From the NCBI GenBank assembly GCA_963718915.1, contig CAVRAI010000004.1, positions 390,001 to 422,000 of the forward strand: a stretch of DNA of 32,000 nucleotides, read 5' to 3'. This document shows, one piece after another, positions 7,977-16,317 of the stretch (positions are counted from its first letter, which is position 1; each line of letters begins with the position of its first letter). The notes beneath the pieces were generated by a model that saw only the letters and a program-made list of their open reading frames with translations, made no database searches and was not told the DNA's origin. The DNA comes from an uncultured Chloroflexia bacterium. Lineage in GTDB: Bacteria > Chloroflexota > Ktedonobacteria > Ktedonobacterales > JADMIN01. The position numbers were made by a program, and so were the translations under genes.

Positions 7977-9338
7977 ATGGGGCAGGGTGCAGCTTCACAC
8001 CAGTCCAGGGGTCCAAAGGGACGGATGCAGGTCATCCGCCTGACGGCGTCATTTTTCTTACTTGCTATCATCTTCGTGATGAACTCCTGCGGATCGAACC
8101 CTGCTGTGGCGCTTACCGAGAAGGCTGTTCTCGCGCAGGCGGATCAACGCGGCCCCACATCGACGAATTCCACCCTGCTCATACCGCGACACTATGATCG
8201 CCAGCGCGTACAGACGATTGCCGAGTACGCCGATCAGATCATCAGTAAGATGTCGCTGGACGAGGAATTAGGCCAGCTTTTCGTCGCCGAGTATGTCGGC
8301 ACGGACTTCAACGCGAACAACGCGGCGATGATCGAGCAGATGCATGCTGGCGGCATTATCCTCTACGCCTTTAGCATGCACGACGCCAAGCAGACCCAGG
8401 CGTTGATCGCGACCTCCCAGGCGCATGCCAAAATCCCCTTGCTGGTCACGGTGGACGAAGAGGGTGGTTGCGTTGACCGGCTGACACAAATCTATGGCCC
8501 ACAGCCTGGAGCGCCGCAGATTGGCGCCACAGGTTCGACGAACTACGCCTATCAGCAGGGCGCCAAAATGGCGCAGAATATGACTTCCCTTGGTTTCAAT
8601 GTTGACCTTGCCCCCGATGTCGATGTGAAACTCGTCAACGGACGGGATCTGCTTTGCCGCACCTACGGCTCGACACCTGATGCCGTCACCAAAATGGCGG
8701 GAGCGTATCTCGATGGTTTGCAGGATAACGGTGTCGTAGGCACGTTGAAACACTTCCCTGGCCTTGGCGACGCCCTGGAAGACGCGCACCTGAGCCTGCC
8801 AGTCATCAACCGCACGCGCGATCAGGTTGAATCGGTGGAGCTGGCGCCGTACCGCGCCATGATCGATGCCGGGAAGGTTCAGATGGTGATGACCACCGAC
8901 CTGCTGATGCCCTCCCTGGATCCCACGTTGCCCGCTGAGCTGTCTCCGAACATCATCACTGGCGTCTTGCGCAATGAGCTAGGCTTTAATGGCGTCGTGA
9001 TGACCGACGCGCTCTACATGGATGGCATCTCGAACAAATGGAGCATGCCACAGGCAGGCGTCTTGGCAGTTCAGGCTGGCTGCGATATGTTGCTCGGCCC
9101 CTGGAACGCCTCGCAGATGCGGGCGATGATCTCTGCGCTCAAGAGTGCGCTCAACAACGGCAGTCTCACCAAGGCGCGTATCGACCAGTCCGTCCAGCGG
9201 ATTCTGCTGCTGAAGATGCGCATGGGTCTCATCTCGCTTCCGGCGAACAGCCAGTCACTGCTGCAGAGCGTGCCACCGCTTGGCTCGATGACGCTTCAGT
9301 TCAACGACGCGCCGGTTGCCGATGTGCCAGGTCGCTAA
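7977..9338 (+). CDS. Glycoside hydrolase family 3 protein (NagZ-like beta-N-acetylhexosaminidase), secreted or lipoprotein
   Basis: GH3 N-terminal domain motifs are present (VTVDEEGG, KHFPGLGD..EDAHLSLP). The N-terminal basic region plus hydrophobic segment ends in FVMNSCGS, a lipobox-like Cys. ATG 7977 lies behind GAGGGGA. Confidence 0.85.
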   Translation: MGQGAASHQSRGPKGRMQVIRLTASFFLLAIIFVMNSCGSNPAVALTEKAVLAQADQRGPTSTNSTLLIPRHYDRQRVQTIAEYADQIISKMSLDEELGQLFVAEYVGTDFNANNAAMIEQMHAGGIILYAFSMHDAKQTQALIATSQAHAKIPLLVTVDEEGGCVDRLTQIYGPQPGAPQIGATGSTNYAYQQGAKMAQNMTSLGFNVDLAPDVDVKLVNGRDLLCRTYGSTPDAVTKMAGAYLDGLQDNGVVGTLKHFPGLGDALEDAHLSLPVINRTRDQVESVELAPYRAMIDAGKVQMVMTTDLLMPSLDPTLPAELSPNIITGVLRNELGFNGVVMTDALYMDGISNKWSMPQAGVLAVQAGCDMLLGPWNASQMRAMISALKSALNNGSLTKARIDQSVQRILLLKMRMGLISLPANSQSLLQSVPPLGSMTLQFNDAPVADVPGR

Positions 9339-9347
9339 TAATTACCA

Positions 9348-9379
9348 GCATCCCCTCTACGACGCTGGGGAGGGGATGC
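9348..9379. terminator. GC-rich hairpin between convergent genes (possible bidirectional terminator)
   Basis: GCATCCCCTC (9348-9357) pairs with GAGGGGATGC (9370-9379), giving a 10-bp perfect stem and a 12-nt loop. It sits between the GH3 stop (9338) and the AlaRS-like stop (9405). There is no clear U-tract. Confidence 0.45.
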
Positions 9380-9404
9380 AAGTTGGGTTGACGGCTCTGT
9401 AGTA

Positions 9405-10769
9405 TTAGCTGCCAGGCAATTCCTCATTCGCGCCGAAGCGGTTGGTCGCGCTGACCCGGCTGATTGTGTGATGAAGCTCCATCGCCGCCTCGAATCCAGA
9501 CCAGTCAACCGCTATGCCGCGCTCGGCGAGCACTTCCGCCGCCAGATCCGCCGGGAAGCCGCGCTCCGCGTGCAGACGAAATAGCTGCTCTCCTGAAATG
9601 GTTCCTCCCGCATCTGGTTTCATTCGATCCAGCAGGCGCAGTCCAGTGGGCAACACGCGCGCGAAACGGCGTTCTTCATCGGTCAGCAGCGTCGCGATCT
9701 GGGGGACGCGCTTGCGCTCGTCCGGCGAGAACAAGTCCTCGCCGCGCTCTACTACTGGCGCTACTAGCTCTCCCAGGAATGGCTGCTCCAGCCCAAGCAC
9801 GCGCCCATGCCGCGCCGCCCGGCGAATCAGCCGACGGATGACCGAGCCACGGCCATCTGGCCGGGGAACGACGCCTGCCAGACTGATGTAGAGCGCCGAC
9901 CGTACCGCGTCGACAATCACCCGGCGCGCGCGCTGCCGTGCTGGCGTCTCGTTGTCGTCTGGCGCGAGTTCCGCCAGACGCTGATACGCGCCCGCGAATT
10001 GATCGATCTCGAAGAGCGTCATCTTGTGCTGAAGAATCGCCGCGATGCGCTCCAGCCCCATACCGGTATCCACGCTGCGCAACGGCAGCGGCGTGTAGCT
10101 CCCGTCAGGTTGCCACTCATACTCGATGAAGACCAGATTCCAAAACTCCAGGAAGCGCGCGCACGAACAACCCGGACGACAGGTTGGCAGGCCACAGCCA
10201 ACCGCCTCGCCGCGATCCATGAATAACTCGGTGCAGGGGCCGCAAGGTCCGGGGCCGTACATCGTCCAGAGGTTGTCCTCTGGCCCCAGCGGCACAATGC
10301 GCGCGTCGGGCTGGCCGACCCGCCGCCATTCCGCGATTGTCGCTTCGTCCGGTGGCAGGCCTGACGCTGATTCTCCGGCGAAGACCGTCACCCAGACGTT
10401 CGAGCGATCAACGCCGAGCAAGTCCATCAGTTCGACCGCGAACCCTATCGCCTCATGTTTGCCGTAGTCGCCGATGGACCAGTTGCCAAGCATGTTAAAG
10501 CTGCTGAGCGTGCGCCCGTTTGTTCCGATGGCGTCCACGTCGTCGGTGCGCAAACAGCGCTGGATCGCGGTCAGGCGTGGCGCGGGCGGAGGTGTTTGGC
10601 CGCGCAGCCACGGGAGCAACGGCTGCATCCCCGCGATCACAAACAGTGTGCTGTCAGACGCAGTCAGCGACGCGCCTGCGATCTCCAGGTGACCGCGCTC
10701 GCGGAAGTATGCCAGGTAGCGCCGGGTAATTTCCGGTGATGAGAGTCCTGGCTTGCTGTACATGGTCAT
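9405..10769 (-). CDS. Alanine--tRNA ligase-like protein: catalytic and tRNA-recognition domains only (no editing or C-Ala domain)
   Basis: The 454-aa ORF carries class IIc AlaRS core motifs: FVIAGMQP, IQRCLRTDDVD, MLGNWSIGDYGK, GPCGPCTELF, FWNLVFIEYE, VDTGMGLERI and RGFPADL. The protein ends where canonical AlaRS (roughly twice as long) continues into the editing domain. SD GGAAGGGAGG lies 7 nt upstream of the ATG, and an Ala T-box leader precedes the gene. Confidence 0.85.
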   Translation of the reverse strand: MTMYSKPGLSSPEITRRYLAYFRERGHLEIAGASLTASDSTLFVIAGMQPLLPWLRGQTPPPAPRLTAIQRCLRTDDVDAIGTNGRTLSSFNMLGNWSIGDYGKHEAIGFAVELMDLLGVDRSNVWVTVFAGESASGLPPDEATIAEWRRVGQPDARIVPLGPEDNLWTMYGPGPCGPCTELFMDRGEAVGCGLPTCRPGCSCARFLEFWNLVFIEYEWQPDGSYTPLPLRSVDTGMGLERIAAILQHKMTLFEIDQFAGAYQRLAELAPDDNETPARQRARRVIVDAVRSALYISLAGVVPRPDGRGSVIRRLIRRAARHGRVLGLEQPFLGELVAPVVERGEDLFSPDERKRVPQIATLLTDEERRFARVLPTGLRLLDRMKPDAGGTISGEQLFRLHAERGFPADLAAEVLAERGIAVDWSGFEAAMELHHTISRVSATNRFGANEELPGS

Positions 10770-10920
10770 GCGACTGCCTCCCTTCCTGGGATCAACCCAG
10801 GCGGTAAGAATGGGCAGAGTTCGTCATCCGACGGAAAAGCCGGACAAGTTGCCAACAGGAAAGGCGCAGTGTGCGAGGCTGAGGCGCTCGTTGCCAGATG
10901 TTGCTTATGCGGCCAGGGAC

Positions 10921-10957
10921 AAAAAACACCCGCCGCGAGCGCCTTGCTCGGGGCGGG
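10921..10957 (-). terminator. Intrinsic terminator of the T-box leader
   Basis: The minus-strand RNA is CCCGCCCCGAGC-AAGGC-GCUCGCGGCGGG (12-bp stem, one mismatch) followed by UGUUUUUU. Its 5' arm overlaps the sequence needed for the antiterminator with the T-box. Confidence 0.8.
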
Positions 10958-11283
10958 AGCGAAATATATTCGGATCCCGTGGTACCACCCTGCTTGAGAG
11001 CATCCCAGCCTGCGCACGCACGGCGCATAGCTGTAGCTCTCCACTCTTTCCGGGCACGGAGCGGATAGCTCGATGCCCTGCTCTCAGGTAACGGGGAGCT
11101 TCCGGCGGGTGCTACTGGCCACAGTGGGCGTTCGTCCCGCGTCGCGGCTGGGCGGCGATTGCGCCGCTGAGCCTGAGGGTGGCTTCTCCGCGCGCCAGCC
11201 TGCCGGGCTTGCACCTTCCCCGGCTCGCTGTCTCGCCGTAGCGCGGATACTCGTCCCTCACGACGAACTCTCTTCAATTGATA
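10921..11283 (-). promoter_or_regulatory. T-box riboswitch leader, specifier codon GCC (Ala)
   Basis: Read on the minus strand, the Stem I base is GAGGG (11259-11255) pairing with CCCUC. The specifier loop is ACGAGUA on the 5' side and GAA-GCC-A on the 3' side, with the codon at + coordinates 11181-11183. The inner helix is UCCGCGC/GCGCGGA and the distal loop contains GGUGCAA. The F-box CCGUUA is at 11094-11089 and the T-box AGGGUGGUACCACGGG at 10991-10976, followed by a terminator. Confidence 0.85.
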
Positions 11284-11289
11284 CGAATC

Positions 11290-11319
11290 AGTCTACGTGG
11301 CGGAACAGGCCGCTGTCAA
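11290..11319 (-). promoter_or_regulatory. Candidate sigma-70-type promoter for the T-box leader and AlaRS-like gene
   Basis: Minus strand reads TTGACA (11319-11314), 18 nt, TAGACT (11295-11290). It lies just after the upstream antiporter stop and about 30 nt before Stem I. Motif match only. Confidence 0.45.
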
Positions 11320-11333
11320 GCATCCGCCGGACA

Positions 11334-12701
11334 TCAACCGCCAATGATATTTGGTGGCAGATAGACGGCGATGACGGCCAGCAGAAGCCAGAGCGCCACC
11401 AGCTGCACGCCTTCGAGCATCGTCGATTCACCATCGCGACTGAGCAGCATGAAGGCAAACGTGGCCGCGCCAAAGATGATGACGTTTAGTGGTGAAAAGA
11501 CCAGCCCGAGCGGATGGCCAGTCATCCAGCCGACCAGAACCAGAATCGGCACCACCAGAAGGATCATCTGGATCGACGCGCCTGCTGTGATGGCCATCGT
11601 GATATCCATCTTCTTGCGGCGCGCCATGCCAACAGATCCGTAAAGCTCCACGACGCCTGCCAGCACGGGAATCAGAATCAGGCCCAGGAAGAACTCGTAG
11701 TCGCGCAGGCCAGTGTTGGTCTCGACCATCTCTTTGACGGAATCGGCGAAATGCTCTGACATGACGACTACGCCCGCGGCAGCCACACCAAGAATCAGCA
11801 GAGCGAGCAATCCGCGGGCAACCTTATGTTCGCCGAGAAACCGCTTTTCGCCCGACTCCTCCCTTGCCGCGCGCTTTTCCGCCGCCAGCTGGGCACGCGC
11901 CGAGAGTTTGTTTTCAGCGCTGGCGCGTTCTTCCTCAAACAGCGCCTGCGTGTCGGGAGCCACCAGCATCGCTGAGTCGTCAGCGGCTGCGTCCTCAGCA
12001 GCGGCATTTTTTCCGCGCTCGCCTGCCATGTTGTAGCCGGTGCGCGGTCTGAAGACGACGAAAACGAGATAGGCCACATAGCTCATCAGCAGCACAATGG
12101 CAATGCAGACCGCGAAAGGCACATGGCCGAAGACCAGCAGCTCTTCTCCAGCCGATTCGCCACCAGCGCTTGATCCGACGATGAACGAGGCCAGTGTCGG
12201 CAGTGAGAGTCCGGTGACGGCCAGGGCAAAGACCGTGGAGTATTCGCCAGCGGCCTCCGGGCTGAAACGCATCTTACCGTTTCGCCAGCAGCCGAGCAGG
12301 GTGGCGATGCCGAGGAAAAGCAGCGCGTTGCGTACGATCACGCCCGCCACCGAGCTGAGCACGATCTCGGAGCCACGCGAGCCTGCGAATGATGTCAGCA
12401 CCGAGAGCGCCAGCGCCAGCTCCGCCACGTTGCTTGCGGTGGTATGGAGCAGGCCGCCGAGGAACTCGCCCAGCATTTCGGCCAGCTCTTCGACGGCGCT
12501 TTCGAGAAAGGCCGCCAGCGGAATCAGCGAGAGCGCGGCGCAGAGAAATATCACGCCGCCGACGACAAGAACGCGCTGCTGGTCTTCCAGTCCCGCCAGC
12601 ACATCGTGGAGCAGGTGCTCCTCGATCCAAGCGCTGAAGATCACCAGCGGGATGAATAGCAGGAAAATGTTGATTTTGCGCTTCCAGACGGACCTCTCCA
12701 A
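11334..12701 (-). CDS. CaCA-family cation/proton (Ca2+/H+-type) antiporter
   Basis: Polytopic membrane protein with two alpha-repeat-like motifs (TTASNVAELALAL and AGASIQMILLVVPILV). A long Ala/Glu-rich central hydrophilic loop separates them. TTG start at 12701 sits behind GGGGGGAG. Confidence 0.7.
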   Translation of the reverse strand: MERSVWKRKINIFLLFIPLVIFSAWIEEHLLHDVLAGLEDQQRVLVVGGVIFLCAALSLIPLAAFLESAVEELAEMLGEFLGGLLHTTASNVAELALALSVLTSFAGSRGSEIVLSSVAGVIVRNALLFLGIATLLGCWRNGKMRFSPEAAGEYSTVFALAVTGLSLPTLASFIVGSSAGGESAGEELLVFGHVPFAVCIAIVLLMSYVAYLVFVVFRPRTGYNMAGERGKNAAAEDAAADDSAMLVAPDTQALFEEERASAENKLSARAQLAAEKRAAREESGEKRFLGEHKVARGLLALLILGVAAAGVVVMSEHFADSVKEMVETNTGLRDYEFFLGLILIPVLAGVVELYGSVGMARRKKMDITMAITAGASIQMILLVVPILVLVGWMTGHPLGLVFSPLNVIIFGAATFAFMLLSRDGESTMLEGVQLVALWLLLAVIAVYLPPNIIGG

Positions 12702-12754
12702 AACCGGCTCCCCCCCGATATAGATACCCTCTTGGGCGCTGTACGCGCGCAGGC

Positions 12755-12783
12755 ATTGTCCTGCTGGTTGCTCCGCTTGTCAA
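12755..12783 (-). promoter_or_regulatory. Candidate sigma-70-type promoter for the antiporter gene
   Basis: Minus strand reads TTGACA (12783-12778), 17 nt, GACAAT (12760-12755), about 50 nt upstream of the TTG start. Motif match only. Confidence 0.4.
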
Positions 12784-12811
12784 TACGCTTTGCTACGTAT
12801 TATGGATTGCT

Positions 12812-15121
12812 TCAGCCCTCGAGGTTGCGCATGCTCAACTGGACGCGCCCGCGCCCGATATCCACCGCGAGCACGCGCACCTGTACGACCTGCCCGACCT
12901 GTACGACGGTCAGCGGATCGCGGACAAAGCGGTCGGCCATCTCCGAGACGTGCACGAGGCCGTCCTGCTTGACGCCGATATCTACAAACGCGCCGAAGTC
13001 GACGACATTGCGCACAGTGCCTTGCAGCACCATCCCTTCCTTCAAATCTTCCAACTTCAGCACATCCTGGCGCAGAATGGGTTTCGGCAGGCTATCGCGC
13101 GGATCGATCCCCGGTTTTTCGAGGTTTTCCAGGATATCGGTCAGCGTTGGGACGCCGACGTTGACCTCGCTTGCCAGCGCCGCGATGGCTGCCTGCGCGC
13201 CCGCACCCCGCGAGTTCATGCCGATGAGCATCCGCCAGGAACGCACCCGGTCGGTGGCGCGTTCATCAGACGACCCTGGTAGCGTCTTCAGCACCGAGCG
13301 CGTGGCGTCGTAGCTTTCGGGGTGAATAAAGGTGTTATCGAGCGGCTCCTTGCCTCCAGGCACCTTCAGGAATCCTGCCGCCTGTACGAAGGTGGCGGGG
13401 CCGAGTCCAGAGACCTTGAGCAACTGCTGGCGACTGGTGAATGAGCCGTGTTCTGCCCGCCAGGCGACGATGTTGTCGGCAATTCGCGTGGTGACGCCAG
13501 AGACATGGCGCAGTAGCTGCGATGAGGCGGAGTTGAGATCCACACCCGCGAAGTTCACACAGGAGTCCACGATGCGGTCCAGGGCGGTTGCCAGCGCGCG
13601 CTGATCCACATCATGCTGATACAGGCCAACACCAATCGCCTTGGGATCGATCTTCACCAGTTCGGCCAGTGGGTCTTGTAGCCGCCGCGCAATCGAGATG
13701 GTGCCGCGCTCAGTAGCGTCTTTGCCGGGAAACTCCTGCCGTGCCACCTCAGACGCGGAATAGACCGACGCTCCCGCCTCGTTGACCATGACATAGCCCA
13801 GCGAGCCAGTGGGCTGCCCCAGCTTCTCCAGTTCGGCGATCACCTCGGCGGCGAGCTGCTCGGTCTCGCGTGAGGCGGTGCCGTTGCCGATGGCAATAAC
13901 GCCGATGCGATGGGTGGCGATCAGCGCCTTGAGGGTTGCCTTCGCCTCGGTCCAGCGCTCCTGTGGCGCGTGGGGATAGATGGTGGTGGAGTCGATGGGC
14001 TTGCCGGTTTCATCCACCACGGCCACCTTGCACCCAGTGCGGAAGCCAGGGTCGAGGCCGAGGACACGCTCGCCCCGGAGCGGCGGCTGCAAGAGCAGAT
14101 TGCGCAGATTGGTCGCGAAGACGCCGATGGCATGCTCTTCGGCCTGGCGCGTTAGCTCGGCGCGAACCTCACGTTCGAGCGCGGGCGCAAGCAATCGGCG
14201 GTAGCCATCGCTGGTGGCGGTTTCCAGCTCCTCGGCGAAGGGCGAGCGTCGGTCGGGCGGGTAGTGGTTGTGAATCAGCGGCTCGGCGCGCTCAAACGGC
14301 ACATCCACCGAGACGCGCAGCACGTCTTCACGCTCGGCGCGATTCAACGCGAGAATCCGGTGCGGGACGAGGCGCGGAACCGGCTCGCGGAACTCATAGT
14401 ACATGCGATAGACGCCGCGTGGGTCCTTCTCCGCCGCTTTTTCAGCATCCACGGTGAGCTTCGCCCCCAGCGCGCCTTCTTTGAAGTACTGTGTTCGCAC
14501 CTCGCCGCGCACCGCCGCATCCTCCATGATCGTCTCGGCGCAGATGTCGCGTGCCCCGGCCAGTGCCGCCGCCACGTCTTCCACTCCTTTTTCGGCATCC
14601 ACGAACGGCTCTGCCGCAGCGATGCGCGCCTGCTCCGGTGGGCCGGGAATGCGCTCCTGGCGCAGAATCAGGTCGGCAAGCGGCTGCAATCCTCGCTCGC
14701 GTGCCATGCTGGCGCGTGTCTTTCGCTTCTGGCGGTACGGTAAATAGAGGTCTTCCACGGCTTGCAGCGTCGTGGCCGCGATGATCGCGTCGGCCAGCTC
14801 GCGGGTGAGCTTCCCCTGCTCGGCGATGAGGCGCAGCACGTCGTGTTTGCGCGCATGGAGCGTGCGCAACGCATCGGCGCGGTCGCCGATGGCCTGAATC
14901 TGCACCTCGTCGAGGTTGCTCGTCGCCTCCTTGCGATAGCGCGCGATGAATGGGATGGTGTTGCCGTCGTCGAGCAGGGTGAGGGTGGCGAGCGCCTGCG
15001 ACGGTTTTAGCTTCAGCTCAACCGCGACGACTCGCGCCACCTCGGCAGGCTCTAGTGTCTCGGGAAACTGGAGATCGTCTAGCGAGAGAAAATCGCCGGA
15101 AGCGGCGGTCGTGTCAGACAC
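12812..15121 (-). CDS. tex: Tex-like transcription accessory protein (S1 RNA-binding domain protein)
   Basis: 769 aa. It has the N-terminal Tex motif NTIPFIARYRKE, a central YqgF/HhH-like region and a C-terminal S1 domain (LQGTVRNVVDFGAFVDIGVKQDGLVHVSEM...VQVRVLAVD). Confidence 0.9.
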   Translation of the reverse strand: MSDTTAASGDFLSLDDLQFPETLEPAEVARVVAVELKLKPSQALATLTLLDDGNTIPFIARYRKEATSNLDEVQIQAIGDRADALRTLHARKHDVLRLIAEQGKLTRELADAIIAATTLQAVEDLYLPYRQKRKTRASMARERGLQPLADLILRQERIPGPPEQARIAAAEPFVDAEKGVEDVAAALAGARDICAETIMEDAAVRGEVRTQYFKEGALGAKLTVDAEKAAEKDPRGVYRMYYEFREPVPRLVPHRILALNRAEREDVLRVSVDVPFERAEPLIHNHYPPDRRSPFAEELETATSDGYRRLLAPALEREVRAELTRQAEEHAIGVFATNLRNLLLQPPLRGERVLGLDPGFRTGCKVAVVDETGKPIDSTTIYPHAPQERWTEAKATLKALIATHRIGVIAIGNGTASRETEQLAAEVIAELEKLGQPTGSLGYVMVNEAGASVYSASEVARQEFPGKDATERGTISIARRLQDPLAELVKIDPKAIGVGLYQHDVDQRALATALDRIVDSCVNFAGVDLNSASSQLLRHVSGVTTRIADNIVAWRAEHGSFTSRQQLLKVSGLGPATFVQAAGFLKVPGGKEPLDNTFIHPESYDATRSVLKTLPGSSDERATDRVRSWRMLIGMNSRGAGAQAAIAALASEVNVGVPTLTDILENLEKPGIDPRDSLPKPILRQDVLKLEDLKEGMVLQGTVRNVVDFGAFVDIGVKQDGLVHVSEMADRFVRDPLTVVQVGQVVQVRVLAVDIGRGRVQLSMRNLEG

Positions 15122-15339
15122 GGAGTACGCTCCTCTATTGTGTATCGTGATGACAACTCATGTGCGGATTGGCGAACATACCATACAGCAAGCCCATCCG
15201 GTCAGACGGATGCTGCCGGGCGGCGCAACGGCCAGTATATCCTAAAGAGGGTCCCGTTGGCTTGCAAACAGCGCCCGAATGGGCCATACTGGGGCGCGGA
15301 AGTCCAATTTTTCCGGGATCAGTCAATGCGAGGCCAGCT

Positions 15340-16305
15340 ATGCCCGACACAGACAAAACATCTGATGACTCGGTGGAGCAGCCCAGCCTGTTTTTCCCCG
15401 ACGCCGCTACGCCAGTGGCTGGGCCGAAGCAGGAGTCAGTGGTGATTGTTCCCACGCTCACCGTGACGTCAGTGTTAGGCGCATGCGCCTTGCCTTATCA
15501 GGAGTATCTGCGCCGGACCGATCACTCGGCCTACACGATCACCTGCTTTCTCTCGGATTTGCGCCTGCTGACCGAGTTTCTCGGGCGCGAGACGCCGCTA
15601 CGCTCGATTACGCAGGATTCACTGGCGGGCTGGCTTGGCCACCTGCGCTGGGATCGCGCCACTGAGCCAGCGCCAAAGACGATGGCGCGGCGCGCTACCT
15701 TCCTGAAGAATTTCTTCGGCTGGCTGGCGAAGGAGCAGGTGCTCGCGGACGACCCATCGCAGCGTATCGTGCTGACGCGGCCGGCGCCCCCACTTCCAGA
15801 ATTGCTCTTCGAGGATGAGATTGCCCGGCTGGAGCAGGCTGCGGAGGCCGACCCGCGCTGCCAGTTGCTGGTGATGACGTTGCTGGCGACAGGTCTGAAA
15901 AAAGAGGAATTGATGGCGGTGGCGCTCCGTCATGTGGACCTTTCGGACCCTGAGCAACCCGCGCTCGAAGTGCATTTCCCCGGCCAGGCGAAGCGGCGGC
16001 GCGAGCGGCGTATGGCGCTGCCAGCGGAATGGACGGATGTCTTCCAGCGCTATGTGGAGCGCTACCAGCCACGCGAACGCCTCTTCGAGTGTACGGATCG
16101 TAATCTGAATTATGTGCTTGCCGCCGCCGTCAAGCGCGCCGACCTCGAGAAGCGCGTAACGTTGCAGCTGCTGCGCGACATCTTCGCGGTGCGCCAGTTG
16201 CGCGGGGGCGTCTCGATGGATGACCTGCGCGAAAAGCTTGGCTTATCGGAAGAAGCCTGGTATGAGATTGCCGAGAAGTATCGCAAGCTTGCGTTCCCGG
16301 CCTAG
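15340..16305 (+). CDS. Tyrosine-recombinase (XerC/XerD)-like protein with non-canonical active-site residues
   Basis: SAM-like N-terminal domain (YQEYLRRTDHSAYTITCFLSDLRLLTEFLG) and a C-terminal catalytic-fold region (LLATGLKKEEL, LQLLRDIFAVRQL, LGLSEEAWYEIAEKY). The start is set at ATG 15340; the track start at 15160 adds 60 non-homologous codons. Confidence 0.65.
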   Translation: MPDTDKTSDDSVEQPSLFFPDAATPVAGPKQESVVIVPTLTVTSVLGACALPYQEYLRRTDHSAYTITCFLSDLRLLTEFLGRETPLRSITQDSLAGWLGHLRWDRATEPAPKTMARRATFLKNFFGWLAKEQVLADDPSQRIVLTRPAPPLPELLFEDEIARLEQAAEADPRCQLLVMTLLATGLKKEELMAVALRHVDLSDPEQPALEVHFPGQAKRRRERRMALPAEWTDVFQRYVERYQPRERLFECTDRNLNYVLAAAVKRADLEKRVTLQLLRDIFAVRQLRGGVSMDDLREKLGLSEEAWYEIAEKYRKLAFPA

Positions 16306-16317
16306 GAGGATTAGCAG

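Noticed and set aside
12097-12723. 208-aa plus-strand ORF
   Set aside because: It is antisense to the CaCA antiporter gene. The S/A/P-rich translation has no motifs.
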